From an uncultured bacterium (GTDB taxonomy: Bacteria; Chloroflexota; UBA5177; JANWHV01): a stretch of DNA of 64,000 bases. This document shows positions 1 through 10,392 of this stretch, in pieces. The stretch is taken from contig CAVSOU010000011.1 of assembly GCA_963729625.1 (NCBI GenBank), forward strand, positions 480,001 to 544,000, read 5' to 3'. Both the position numbers and the translations under genes were made by a program. Position 1 is the stretch's first letter. Each line of letters starts with the position of its first letter. Below the pieces are notes generated by a model. It did not search any database, was not told the origin of the DNA, and was given only the letters and a program-made list of their open reading frames with translations.

Positions 1-144
1 AGCGTGCTCAGCGATGGGGTGCTAGAATCTGGGCATCAAGCGCTGTGAGCGCGTTGCGCGTCGCGATCCCCGGGCTCGGCCGGCGACCATCGGCGGCACA
101 CGTTCGAAACCCGAGCTACGCAGCGCGTAGCGGGAGGTGAAGGC

Positions 145-1377
145 ATGAGCCTGCGACATCGAGGTGCTGCAGGAGATGTGACGCTTCGTCTGGTCGTAGC
201 CCTGGTCGTTGCACTTGGCTGGGCGCTTCCCCGCGCGGCTCCAGCACGCGCCGTTCCGGCGCATGCACCTGCGAACAACGTGTATGTCGCGGACTTCACC
301 GGCTCCTTCAATGCGGGAAACCCGCAGGCGGCGAAAGCATCCGGGATCAGCGGAGGCTTGACGCAGTGGCTGGCGACGTTGCTCGAGCAGAAGTATCCGT
401 GCGCAACAGTCGATACCGCGGCAGATTATCACGAGCTGCTGAACTGGGAGAGGCAAAGAGAGCTGTTGGGCGGTGAGACGCCCGAGCAGCAAGGACAAAC
501 GCTCGAGAATATCGCGAAGGATATGGGCAATACGGGTACGTTCGTCTATGGCAGCTACGCGGTAGTGGGCAGCCAGTATACGGTGTTCATCAACGTCATG
601 GACGCCGCCACGGCGCAGGTAGTGGACCGGCAGATGGCGACCGTGAAGGGCAGCGACGCCAGTGTGATGCTCGTTCTTGTCTCACAGACAGTGGGTAAGC
701 TCTCCGTGGCGCTGTGCAACGCCCACTGGACCGGCTCGATCACTATCACCACGACAAGCAATACCAGCACGACCAAGCGTGACTCGTACACTCCTATGGG
801 ACCAAGCGCCGGAAAGAAGAACAAGTCCACCAACACGTCTGCTCATCAGTATCGTAGTGAAACCTCGCTCACGCTGCTGCCCCCTAAACTGTCCCAACAG
901 TCCGGAACTGCTTCCCCCAGAGTACTGATCTCGCGAGACTACTTTGAGCGCTCCGACGACACGTTCAAGGAGTCCGGGTCGATCTACTGCAACTACAAGT
1001 GGCGACCCTGGAACAAATCGACCGAGGAGGTCCAGACGACGAAAGGCCATGACTTGTGGAAGGACACGATTAGCATCGACCTGGACACCGACACCGGCCG
1101 CTTCGAGATCGGCTACTCCCTGCGCGCCGCAACCGCACAGTATTCGGATGAACAAACCTGGAACTATCCTTCGCCTGACTGCGGCAGCACCAGGGCCAAA
1201 GCACCACCGTCCGACATCCACTCCGTATCGTGGAACGACGACGAGACCGAGGACGTGGATGGCCGCTTCGACCCCAAGCACCCGGATGCCGTACATAGCA
1301 GGGTCGTCACGCACCTCGGCGACAGCACGACGACGACCGTGGTCGACCTCACGCTGGTGACGCCCAAGAAGAGATAG
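145..1377 (+). CDS. Secreted hypothetical protein; N-terminal CsgG/TolB_N-like alpha/beta domain and beta-rich C-terminus
   Basis: 410-aa ORF with GGAGG RBS upstream and a signal peptide (LVVALVVALGWALPRAAPARA). Pattern VYVADF...ELLNWERQRELLG...FVYGSYAVVGSQYTVFINVMDAATAQVV resembles CsgG/TolB_N-type domains. Confidence 0.6.
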   Translation: MSLRHRGAAGDVTLRLVVALVVALGWALPRAAPARAVPAHAPANNVYVADFTGSFNAGNPQAAKASGISGGLTQWLATLLEQKYPCATVDTAADYHELLNWERQRELLGGETPEQQGQTLENIAKDMGNTGTFVYGSYAVVGSQYTVFINVMDAATAQVVDRQMATVKGSDASVMLVLVSQTVGKLSVALCNAHWTGSITITTTSNTSTTKRDSYTPMGPSAGKKNKSTNTSAHQYRSETSLTLLPPKLSQQSGTASPRVLISRDYFERSDDTFKESGSIYCNYKWRPWNKSTEEVQTTKGHDLWKDTISIDLDTDTGRFEIGYSLRAATAQYSDEQTWNYPSPDCGSTRAKAPPSDIHSVSWNDDETEDVDGRFDPKHPDAVHSRVVTHLGDSTTTTVVDLTLVTPKKR

Positions 1378-2302
1378 CGGTCGGCATGCCGTTGGTGGCA
1401 TGCGCTTCTTCGGTGTGCTTGAGCGAACGTCCGGGAACGAGCGCCTGCGCCTCGGCACTGTCGGGACTGCGCAGCGTGAAGACCGTGATCTCCGGCCGGC
1501 AGTTGAAACGGACGTTGTAGCCGCTGGTCCCCACTCCACGATTCGTGTACTGGTACATATCGCGGATGCGATACAGGCCGATGGTGTAGCGCCTGCCGAA
1601 CGGCTTGCGGGCCACAGGCCCGTAAACCGGCAGGTTGACCTGCCCGCCGTGGGTGTGCCCGGAGATCTGAAGGTCGAAGCGACCGCACGCCGCGCTGCGA
1701 TCGGCGAAGTCGGGCTCATGTGCCAGCAGTATTGCCGCGCCATTGCCGGGCAGCTTCGCAAGCACTTCGTCCAGCCTGTCGAGATGTTCCCACACGTCGC
1801 CCACGCCGGCGACGTGGAAAGTCATCCCCTGCCGCGAGATCGTCAGCATGTCGTTACTGAGGTCGACGATTCCGCTCTCGCGCATGACACGTCGCACCAC
1901 GGCGGGACCGGCCCACTGATCGTGGTTGCCGAGCACGCCCACCGTACCGTCGGTTGCTCGCAGCCTGCTTAGCTCGGCGATGAGGTCACCCGCCACGTCT
2001 TCCGGCGAGCCGGTGACAAAATCCCCGGTGATGGCCACCAGGTGCGGTTGCTGCGCGTTCACGGTATCCACGATCCTGGCCAGCATCGCCCGATCGAGCG
2101 GGTAGCCCATGTGAATGTCGCTGAACTGCACCACGCGGTATCCGTCGAATCGACTGCTCAGGCGAGACAGCGTCAGATCGACATGTTCTACCGCCAGCCA
2201 GCGCGGCTCGATCCGTGTTGCGTAGGCGTAGCCACCTCCGCCACCGGCCGCGGTGCCGCCGAGTCCGGCAAGCCCCAATCTCAGAAAACGGCGTCGTGAC
2301 AT
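1349..2302 (-). CDS. Metallophosphoesterase (YkuE/YaeI-like, calcineurin-like) with Tat signal
   Basis: Motifs SDIH, GDFV, GNHD, AHEPD, SGHTHGGQ, NRGVG; N-terminal SRRRFL twin-arginine motif at ATG 2302. Confidence 0.9.
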   Translation of the reverse strand: MSRRRFLRLGLAGLGGTAAGGGGGYAYATRIEPRWLAVEHVDLTLSRLSSRFDGYRVVQFSDIHMGYPLDRAMLARIVDTVNAQQPHLVAITGDFVTGSPEDVAGDLIAELSRLRATDGTVGVLGNHDQWAGPAVVRRVMRESGIVDLSNDMLTISRQGMTFHVAGVGDVWEHLDRLDEVLAKLPGNGAAILLAHEPDFADRSAACGRFDLQISGHTHGGQVNLPVYGPVARKPFGRRYTIGLYRIRDMYQYTNRGVGTSGYNVRFNCRPEITVFTLRSPDSAEAQALVPGRSLKHTEEAHATNGMPTAISSWASPA

Positions 2303-2466
2303 GATTCCGCCATGTGCCATCGTCGGTTGCTGCCAATCTGAAGGTTTGGCCAAGCCAGTCCTGCGCCGACTGACCGTGGGGCCGGTGCGAAATCAGTCCT
2401 GCGCGTACCGTGCATGAGCAGCCGCTCCAGAAATGGTACCGCAGACCGAGCCAAACAGCGCGGCGC

Positions 2467-2524
2467 TTGCCCTATCCTGGAACGAAGCGTACACTTGAGG
2501 TGTCCTACATACACATATGTGCAT
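2467..2524 (+). promoter_or_regulatory. Putative sigma70 promoter and palindromic operator for the ArsR/DUF2087 gene
   Basis: TTGCCC (2467-2472), 17 bp, TACACT (2490-2495); imperfect palindrome ATACACATATGTGCAT at 2509-2524. Confidence 0.45.
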
Positions 2525-2548
2525 ACAGGAAATGGGAGGGCTTGGCCG

Positions 2549-3895
2549 ATGGCTGATGGATTTCGTGCCGCAGTCGAGGCGCCGCGTGGTTCGGTAGCTC
2601 TGGCGCCTGCGTTCAACGCGCTCAACAGTCTTTCTTTGCTTCACGCCGTGGAATCGCTGCCCGCGGTCGACGAATGGGTGCGGCGAACGGCCGCCGCGCT
2701 CAGCGTGCCGCAAATCAAGTTGAACCGGGCGATCTTTGATCAGCTGGGCGAGACAGTGCTGATCGGCGACGCCGAACAGGACTTCCCGTCCTATCTGGCC
2801 GCCATGGCGGCACTGCACCCGGCCGATCTGCGGGAGCGGATTCGCGCGCGGGTCGACGCAAACGCAGCGGAGCAGCCATCTGAAGAAGCGGCGGCTCTGC
2901 TGAACGACCCCGTCAAACTGCACGACACGACGATCACGCACTTGCGGGAGCTCTGGGAGCGGTATCTGGCGCCGGAGTGGGCACGCGTGGAGCGGCAGTT
3001 GCAGGCAAGCCTCAGCTACTTGCTCAGTTCGGTGCCCGGTTCGGGCGTGCCGCCTGCTGCAATCATGGAGAACCTCCAGCGGTACATGACTGCTGCGAAC
3101 AGCGGTGACCCGGCAACGCAAAGCATCGTGTTTGTGCCTTCACCGCACACAGGCCGGTATACGACTCGGATCCAGGCCGGCGCATCGCTGTACCTGTTCT
3201 TCGACGCCGCGCTCCACGCGGATCTGCTGATGCGCAATACGCGCGTCTCACAGGCCGAGCTTGTCGGGCGTTTGGGCGCGCTTGCGGAGCCCGCGCGCCT
3301 CCGTGTTCTGACAGCCGTCGCCCAGCACGACGACGTGACGCTCCAGGATCTGATGGACCAGCTGGACACGAGCCAGCCGAACGTCTCGCGCTACCTAAAG
3401 TCACTGAGACCATTCCTCGAGGAGCGGCGCGACAAAGACGGTCGGAAGCGCTATCGGCTCGTACCTGCCCAGCTCGACCTCACGTTCCATGCGCTCAGGC
3501 AGACGGTGCTTGCGGCTCCGGCAGCGGCCGAAGCCCAGGAAGACAAGAAGGCTCCATCGACCGGGTTGGCTCGTTTCCTCGACGGCAAGGGCTCGGTGAA
3601 GCTCTGGCCGGCAGGTGAATCCGACCGCCGCGAGCTCTTGCGATACCTCGCCGACAAGTTCGCCCCCAGCCAGACGTACGGTGAGAAGGAGGTCAACGCC
3701 GTGCTGGTCCTGCATGTGCCGCCGTACGCGCGCGATCACGTGACGGTCCGCCGCGATCTGGTCGACGCCCATTGGCTCGAGCGATCCCACAATGGCTCGC
3801 AGTACTGGCGAGGCTCAGGTGACTCCAGCCAGGCGCGGCTCGTGTCCGATGACGAAGCCTATGCGCGCTACTGGGGTGGCCAAACAGACAGTTGA
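2549..3895 (+). CDS. ArsR-family HTH regulator fused to a C-terminal DUF2087 domain
   Basis: ArsR HTH ALAEPARLRVL...LDTSQPNVSRYLKSL; DUF2087-like FLDGKGSVKLWP...YGEKEVNAVL...DHVTVRRDLVD...LERS; GGGAGG RBS before ATG 2549. Confidence 0.8.
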   Translation: MADGFRAAVEAPRGSVALAPAFNALNSLSLLHAVESLPAVDEWVRRTAAALSVPQIKLNRAIFDQLGETVLIGDAEQDFPSYLAAMAALHPADLRERIRARVDANAAEQPSEEAAALLNDPVKLHDTTITHLRELWERYLAPEWARVERQLQASLSYLLSSVPGSGVPPAAIMENLQRYMTAANSGDPATQSIVFVPSPHTGRYTTRIQAGASLYLFFDAALHADLLMRNTRVSQAELVGRLGALAEPARLRVLTAVAQHDDVTLQDLMDQLDTSQPNVSRYLKSLRPFLEERRDKDGRKRYRLVPAQLDLTFHALRQTVLAAPAAAEAQEDKKAPSTGLARFLDGKGSVKLWPAGESDRRELLRYLADKFAPSQTYGEKEVNAVLVLHVPPYARDHVTVRRDLVDAHWLERSHNGSQYWRGSGDSSQARLVSDDEAYARYWGGQTDS

Positions 3896-4064
3896 ACGGT
3901 GGCCGGCGACTGAGCGTGCCAATACTTCATCCTCTGTCGATGCCCTGGCCACGGAGCAGCCGAAGCTGACCAGTCTGGAAGCCAAGCATAGCGGCTACCG
4001 ACCCGGCGCCGACCAGCGTTTCACATGAAACCTCTGACCTGATGCCACGGGCGGGCGGCGCGAC

Positions 4065-6581
4065 TCAGTGCTGCAAGCCGTTGACGACTGTTGCGTACTC
4101 CTCGGCGAGTGACTTGGCCGCCTGCTCGCTGCGCGCCTCGGCCACAATATGGAACAGCGGCCGGTCGGCATCGGGCAGCACCAGCACCCAATCTTCACCC
4201 CGCTCGATGCGGATACCGTCGATGTGCCGGCCGCGCTGGCTGCGGAAGTTTTCGTTCAACACGCGCATAACCTTGCCCTTGACTTCCCAGGCGCACTTGA
4301 CGCTTGTCGTGCTCTGGTAGTAGTGCGGCAGCGACGAGACAACCGCGCCAAAGGAGGTGCCCTGCACTGCGAGCAGCTCGAGAATCTTGGCGACCGCGAA
4401 CATACCGTCAAAGCTTGGATGGAAGCGCGGAAAGATGAGGCCTCCTTCGCCGTCGCCTGCGAGCACCACGTTCTCGCCGGTTGCCGCGACCATGATCGCC
4501 TGGCTGTTGGCCTTGGTACGGAGAACCTGCCCGCCATACCGTTCCGCGATCGTCTCCAAAATGCTCGGAGCCGTGGCCGGCACGGCCACCACGAAAGGCG
4601 CCCCATTCCGCTCGACGTTGGTGCTCTCAGACTGAAGCACGAGCGATGCCACGGCGGCCAGCGCCGTCATGGGAGGCACCGCTCGGCCCTGTCCATCCAC
4701 GATGGAGATTCGCTCGCCGCTCATCTCCATACCCACGCCAAGCTCGGTCGGCAGCGCCGCAGTGATGGCTTGAAGCTGCCTGAGCGTTTCGACTGGGTCG
4801 CCCGTTGCCTGCGTCAGACGATTGTCCTCGACACCCGCACTCAGCGCCACAACCTTGCAGCCAAGCTGATCCAGCAGGCCCGGCAATATGCTTGCCGTGG
4901 TCCCCTGGCCATAGTCGATCACCAGGTGCGGGTTCGAGATGGCCACGGCTTCCGCGTCGATAGCGCGGAGGAAGCCCTCGCGATATCGCCATTCGGCCTC
5001 AGGGGCATAGGTGATGAGACCGATCTCGTCGATCTGCGAGCGGCGGAAGTCCTCTCTGAAGAACAGGCTCTCGACCTTCCGCTCCATCTGGCGGTCCGCA
5101 TCGCGGCCGTTTCGGTCGATGAGCTTGACGTCGATCATGCGCGAGTCGTTAAGCGATACGCGCACGTGCGCGGCGCCGAGCACCGATGACACGCGTGTGA
5201 AATAGCGGGCTGCAGGAAGCGGCAGCGACTGCAGATCCAGCACGCTGATGCCCGCGGACGTGAGGCCGGAGATGATACCACGTTTGATCATGCGGGACGG
5301 CCGGTGGAGATCGCGGTTCACGGCAACCGTGGAGTGGATAGGCAAGGTGCCGCCGTAGGCAGCACCAAGCTTGGCAGCGAACTCAGGCACCATGTCGATA
5401 TTCGTGAGCCCGCTTACACCGTTGCGGCCAAAGAGCAGTCGCCGGCCTTGCTGACCGTAGATGATACTGCTTGAGACCGTGGCGCCGGCCTCTACCTGCT
5501 TATTCGGCCAGATCTTGACGTTGGGCCGGATTATCGCCCCGTCTTCTATCGTGCACGCGTCGCCTACCACGGCACCTTCAAAGATCGACACATTGCTTTT
5601 CACGCTGACCTGGCGTGTCAGGAGCGCACCGCGTATCTCCGAGCGCTCACCGACATAGCACGATCGCCAGAGAATACTGCGCTCGATCGTTGCCAGGTTA
5701 TCGACGATGACGTTCTCCAGCAGGACGGATGGGCCGATAATCTCTGCTCCGGGGCCAATCTTCACTTCGTCGCCGAGCCAGAGCGGTCCAACAAGCCGTG
5801 CATCCGGCGCGACGTCCACTCGCTCGCCCATCCAGATGCCGTTGCCCATATCCCTGCCCATGGGTCCCACCTGGACACGACCTTCGAGCACGTCGCGCGT
5901 GGCGCGCGCGTACTCTTCGAGATTCCCGATGTCACACCAGTAGCCCTCGGAGATGTAGCCATAGATCGGATCGCCGTTTCGCATCAGAATAGGGAACAGA
6001 TCCTGGCTGAAGTCAAATGATTGCGAGCTCGGGCAGTAGTTGAGAACTTTGGGCTCGAGCACGTAGATGCCGGTATTGACAGTGTCGCTGAACACCTCGC
6101 TCCAGCTAGGCTTCTCCAGAAACTGGCGCACGGACCCATCGTCGTTGGTGATGACCACGCCATACTCCAGCGGATTAGAAACGCGAGCCAACGTCAGCGT
6201 AGCCATCGCGCCACGCTTCCGGTGATTCTCGATGATCGCGGAGAGATCGTAGTCTGTCAGTGCATCGCCGCTGATGACGACGAAGGTCTCCGTCAGCAGG
6301 TGCTGCGCCTGCTTCACGCTACCGGCGGTACCAAGTGGCACGTCTTCGACGGTATACTCGATCTTCATGCCGAGCTGCGAGCCGTCGCCAAAGTAGCTTT
6401 GAATTGCTCCAGCCATGTACTGCAGGGTTACCACGACCTCGGTGATGCCGTGCCGCTTCAGCAGCAATAGAATGTGCTCCATGACCGGGCGGTTCACAAC
6501 CGGCACCATGGGCTTTGGCCGGCCGACCGTCAACGGACGCAGACGAGAGCCCTCGCCTCCTGCCATCACCACGGCTTTCAT
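4065..6581 (-). CDS. Bifunctional mannose-1-phosphate guanylyltransferase / phosphomannomutase-like protein
   Basis: [18 protein letters not shown]...PKPMVPV nucleotidyltransferase start, hexapeptide LbH region, then PGM/PMM-fold C-terminal half (LFGRNGVSG...[19 protein letters not shown]). Confidence 0.9.
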   Translation of the reverse strand: MKAVVMAGGEGSRLRPLTVGRPKPMVPVVNRPVMEHILLLLKRHGITEVVVTLQYMAGAIQSYFGDGSQLGMKIEYTVEDVPLGTAGSVKQAQHLLTETFVVISGDALTDYDLSAIIENHRKRGAMATLTLARVSNPLEYGVVITNDDGSVRQFLEKPSWSEVFSDTVNTGIYVLEPKVLNYCPSSQSFDFSQDLFPILMRNGDPIYGYISEGYWCDIGNLEEYARATRDVLEGRVQVGPMGRDMGNGIWMGERVDVAPDARLVGPLWLGDEVKIGPGAEIIGPSVLLENVIVDNLATIERSILWRSCYVGERSEIRGALLTRQVSVKSNVSIFEGAVVGDACTIEDGAIIRPNVKIWPNKQVEAGATVSSSIIYGQQGRRLLFGRNGVSGLTNIDMVPEFAAKLGAAYGGTLPIHSTVAVNRDLHRPSRMIKRGIISGLTSAGISVLDLQSLPLPAARYFTRVSSVLGAAHVRVSLNDSRMIDVKLIDRNGRDADRQMERKVESLFFREDFRRSQIDEIGLITYAPEAEWRYREGFLRAIDAEAVAISNPHLVIDYGQGTTASILPGLLDQLGCKVVALSAGVEDNRLTQATGDPVETLRQLQAITAALPTELGVGMEMSGERISIVDGQGRAVPPMTALAAVASLVLQSESTNVERNGAPFVVAVPATAPSILETIAERYGGQVLRTKANSQAIMVAATGENVVLAGDGEGGLIFPRFHPSFDGMFAVAKILELLAVQGTSFGAVVSSLPHYYQSTTSVKCAWEVKGKVMRVLNENFRSQRGRHIDGIRIERGEDWVLVLPDADRPLFHIVAEARSEQAAKSLAEEYATVVNGLQH

Positions 6582-6931
6582 CTCTCTGCTCCCCAATACT
6601 CGCTTTGCTCGTTCAGCACGAGACATCACGAACCACTGACCAGGCGCGGTGTCAATTCAGCTCAGCATACAGCTTCGAAGCGCCGTGGACTCACACCAGT
6701 CACGAGCCCTCTTCTCGTTCCTGCAGTTCAGGCAACGTACTCCAGGACAAACCTATCCTAGATCACATCATAGCAGTGCTCCGGGTCAAGAGACCGGTCC
6801 TCGCCACGAGGAAACGGACATCGACGTGTCGCGTTTGCCGTTTCCTCAGCGCCAAAGAGCCGCTCTAGCTATACTGCCTTCAAGGATGCAATCTCTGTCG
6901 CGCAGTGCTATCAGTAAAGGTGAGGAGGCCC

Positions 6932-8227
6932 ATGACCACTAGGATCGAGCCCGATGCCACCGTATTCGTCATTCTGTCGTTCGAGGGGCCGGACATCTAT
7001 TCCCAGGCCGGTGGACTTGGCGTACGCGTGACCGAGCTCGCCGACAGCCTGGCGGATCAAGGCTATCAGACCCATCTTGTCTTTATCGGAGATCCTGCGC
7101 TGCCCGGCGAGGAAACGCTGCACGATGGCAAGCTGCACTGGCACCGCTGGAGCCAGTGGATCAGCAGTTACTATCCCAACGGTGTGTATCAGGGCGAAAA
7201 CGATAAGGTACGAGACTACAACGAGTCCGTGCCCGCGTGGGTTGTCGAGCACATCGCTAAACCGGCCGAGGCAGAAGGAAGACTGCTGGTCGTGCTCGCC
7301 GAGGAGTGGCACACAGCCCATTGCGCGTGCCTTCTCAGCGACCAACTGCACGCAGCGCACCTTCGCAGCAAGTCGGTGATTCTGTGGAATGCAAATAACG
7401 TGTTCTCGTTCTGGCGCATCGACTGGGGACGCCTGGGTTATGCCTCTACTATTACGACCGTTAGCCGGTACATGAAACACCGGATGTGGCAGGAGGGTGT
7501 GAATCCTCTTGTCATTCCAAACGGCATACCTGAACGCGCGCTGAATCCTGTGGATGCCAAGCAGCATGCTGCCCTCGCCAAGGTTTTCGGCGATCGCTTC
7601 CCCCTCTTGAAGATCGGGCGCTTCGATCCCGACAAACGCTGGATGATGGCGGCCGAGGCGGTGGTGCAGCTAAAGCGCATGGGCGTGCCCGTCCTCTGGC
7701 TGATGCGCGGAGGACTCGAGCCACATGGACGCGACGTGCTGAGCTATCTCACCTGGTCCGGGATGAATGTCGCGCACGTCACGTCTCCCGACAGACGTCC
7801 GTCAGTCCAGGACTGCGTTAAGCTGGTCCATCAGAACTTGCACGCGGACGTCCTTAACCTGGCATTTTTCCTGCCGGAAGAATTCGTGCGGCTGCTTTAT
7901 GCGGGTGCTGCTGCCACCATGGCCAACAGCGGCCACGAGCCTTTTGGCCTGGTTGGCCTTGAGGTCATGGCGGCAGGGGGCGTGGCCGTGGTCGGCAGTA
8001 CCGGGGAGGACTACGCGATCTCGCTGCAGAATACTCTCGTAACTGAGACATCCGATCCCGGTGAGCTTGTCGAGTATCTGCTCGAGTTGCGGCGCAATCC
8101 CACCCTTGCCGGCAGGCTCCGTACGGCCGGGCGTCACACCGCCACGGAGTTTGTCTGGCCAAGGGTCCTTGAGGATCTGCGCGTCAAGATCGAGTATCTG
8201 GCTAGACGCCAGGGCGCTATCGGCTAG
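6932..8227 (+). CDS. Glycosyltransferase family 4 (GT-B)
   Basis: SFEGPD...AGGLG N-terminal motif; GRFDPDKR and HEPFGLVGLEVMAAG GT4 signature; GAGGAGG RBS. Confidence 0.85.
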   Translation: MTTRIEPDATVFVILSFEGPDIYSQAGGLGVRVTELADSLADQGYQTHLVFIGDPALPGEETLHDGKLHWHRWSQWISSYYPNGVYQGENDKVRDYNESVPAWVVEHIAKPAEAEGRLLVVLAEEWHTAHCACLLSDQLHAAHLRSKSVILWNANNVFSFWRIDWGRLGYASTITTVSRYMKHRMWQEGVNPLVIPNGIPERALNPVDAKQHAALAKVFGDRFPLLKIGRFDPDKRWMMAAEAVVQLKRMGVPVLWLMRGGLEPHGRDVLSYLTWSGMNVAHVTSPDRRPSVQDCVKLVHQNLHADVLNLAFFLPEEFVRLLYAGAAATMANSGHEPFGLVGLEVMAAGGVAVVGSTGEDYAISLQNTLVTETSDPGELVEYLLELRRNPTLAGRLRTAGRHTATEFVWPRVLEDLRVKIEYLARRQGAIG

Positions 8228-8370
8228 AGGCATGGACCACATCGCACATAGAACTGCCGGACACCTTGGGGTCCACGATGCGTCGCGCGCGTCCTTGGCG
8301 GGCCGCTGCCTCGGCGCATGCCGGCGGTCGGCATCAGGAGCGCACGAGCGTGCGCTCGGGAGGAAGGCAT

Positions 8371-10392
8371 ATGTTTGCCAATGGTAGCGGCGAACCGGGC
8401 GAAACCGCGGAGCCGCAGACGTCTCGTACGTTGAGGGACTTCGCGCAGCGACGCATGCGCGTGGCTGCGTGCCTGGACGAGTTGGCGCAGATAAATGAGG
8501 AAGCTGGTCAGCACGGGCGCGCCGAACGCATTCGCGAACAGTCGACTGCAATCTCGAGCCAGCGCTTCACACTCCTTGTTCTCGGCGAGTTCAAACGCGG
8601 CAAGTCAACGCTCATCAACACCCTGCTGGGGAGCGACATGCTCCCTATTGGCGCGGCGCCGACCACCGCTGTCCTGACCAGGGTCAGCTACGGCGATGAC
8701 GTGTCAGCCAAGCTGCTGCTGGACGACGGCAGCGAGCGGGTGGTGCCAATCGAGCGGCTGGCCGACGAGATCACGCTTGTGCAGACAGATGAGGCGGTCA
8801 ATCAGCGGCGCCTGGCCGGGATCGTGCGCGCGGAAGTCACGGTGCCCGCGGCGATCTGCCGGAATGGCGTCGACATTGTCGATTCACCAGGCCTCGGTGA
8901 ACATGCGAGGCGTACCGAAGTGACGCACCAGGCGCTGCCGGCCGCGGATGCCGTTGTCTTTGTCTCCGACGCCGCGCAACTGGGTAGCGAGGACGAAGGC
9001 TTCGTCCGCGCTCGTCTCGCCAACGAAGATATCGACAACGTGTTCTTCGTGATTAACAAGTGGGATCGCGTGTACAACGAGTCAGAAGATCCCGATGCCG
9101 AGATCGCGGCCCTCAGCAGGCGAGCGTGGTCGCTCTTCGTGCCCGAGCCGAAGGTAGGCTTCAACGGACAGGATCTGCGAGCACACCGCATCTACCCAAT
9201 CTCCTGCCGGCCAAATCTGGCCCCGGAGGAGGAGCGTGCTGGCTTGCGGGCGAAGTTTGCCGCGTTCTCCGCCGACCTGGAGGGCTTTCTCGTTGAGGAA
9301 GCAGGCCGCGTGGCACTGGAACGCTCGGTGGCTCGCGGCCGAGCCCTGGCAGCGGAGACTATTGCAGGCCTGCGCGCCCGCGGACCTGCTCTGGCAGCGG
9401 GTATCGATGAGTTCGAGCGCCGCGTGCAGGCCGCGGAGGAGGCCCTGCGCAAGCTGGAGGGCCCGCGCCAGTCAATCCGGGATAAGATTGCCGTGCGGCG
9501 CCAGACTGTCCGGGACGAGGTGCGCGTGCGAGCTACCACGGACCTGCCGCGCATCGAGGTGGCTATAAAGGAGGAGTTCACCGCGTTTGAGTTCCGGCCG
9601 CGAAAGGAATGGCCGCAGCGCATTGCAGACGGCATGCAGGATAGCTTCCGACGGCAGCAGATCCGTGATGAGCTTCGCGTAAAAGTTCGCGAAATCGCTA
9701 TCGCGAAGCTGGAGCCCTGGGCGTCCGGGCTCAACACCTTCGTCGAAGGGCAGCTCAAGTCCCTTGCTGAAGAAGTGGCTGTCGAGGGTATGCACGTCGA
9801 GGCCACGCTCCGCGAGGCGACACGGATCTTGAGCGGCCTCGATCACCCCGGGGACACGAGCAACCAGGACCAGGAGGACATGCTCAAGCGTGGGATCGCC
9901 GCGGGCATTGGCGTCATTCTTCTGGATCCGTTCCTGATATTCTCCGGAAGTATGCACGGATTCAAGGGACTCGGTCGAACGCTGCTGTACCAGTTGGCGG
10001 CGGCTATGGTTGGCGTGGCCGTTGGACTTCCCTTGCTGCCGGTACTGGTCGTAGGCGCTGCCGTAGCGACCGTACAGAACAATGACGAGCTGATCGGCGA
10101 TCTGAAGAGCGATGTCGAGAAGGAGGTCCTCGAGCGCCTTCAGTCCATGCACACGACCGCCCTGGGCGACCTGCAGAACCAGGTGGCGGAGCCGCTGGAC
10201 ACGGCGGCGGTGGCAATCGAGAAGGAAATCGGCGCGCGAGTCGCCGACCACAGGGAGACTGTTGCGACGCTCCGCAAGCAGTTTGGAACCGCCCAGCAGG
10301 ACACCGAGCGCGAGCGCCAGCGCCTGGAGCAGGCGCAGGTGAGCATCGTGCACATCGTCGCACGACTCGAGAGTATAGGCATTGGCAATTGA
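8371..10392 (+). CDS. Bacterial dynamin-like GTPase with C-terminal membrane hairpin
   Basis: G1 GEFKRGKST, G2 PTT, G3 DSPG, G4 NKWD; long helical stalk; hydrophobic segments GIAAGIGVILL and LAAAMVGVAVGLPLLPVLVVGAAVA; GGGAGG RBS. Confidence 0.9.
   Translation: MFANGSGEPGETAEPQTSRTLRDFAQRRMRVAACLDELAQINEEAGQHGRAERIREQSTAISSQRFTLLVLGEFKRGKSTLINTLLGSDMLPIGAAPTTAVLTRVSYGDDVSAKLLLDDGSERVVPIERLADEITLVQTDEAVNQRRLAGIVRAEVTVPAAICRNGVDIVDSPGLGEHARRTEVTHQALPAADAVVFVSDAAQLGSEDEGFVRARLANEDIDNVFFVINKWDRVYNESEDPDAEIAALSRRAWSLFVPEPKVGFNGQDLRAHRIYPISCRPNLAPEEERAGLRAKFAAFSADLEGFLVEEAGRVALERSVARGRALAAETIAGLRARGPALAAGIDEFERRVQAAEEALRKLEGPRQSIRDKIAVRRQTVRDEVRVRATTDLPRIEVAIKEEFTAFEFRPRKEWPQRIADGMQDSFRRQQIRDELRVKVREIAIAKLEPWASGLNTFVEGQLKSLAEEVAVEGMHVEATLREATRILSGLDHPGDTSNQDQEDMLKRGIAAGIGVILLDPFLIFSGSMHGFKGLGRTLLYQLAAAMVGVAVGLPLLPVLVVGAAVATVQNNDELIGDLKSDVEKEVLERLQSMHTTALGDLQNQVAEPLDTAAVAIEKEIGARVADHRETVATLRKQFGTAQQDTERERQRLEQAQVSIVHIVARLESIGIGN

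Noticed and set aside
8414-8423. GCAGACGTCT as a third parS-like site
   Set aside because: Only a 10-bp partial match inside a CDS; outer arms are not palindromic.
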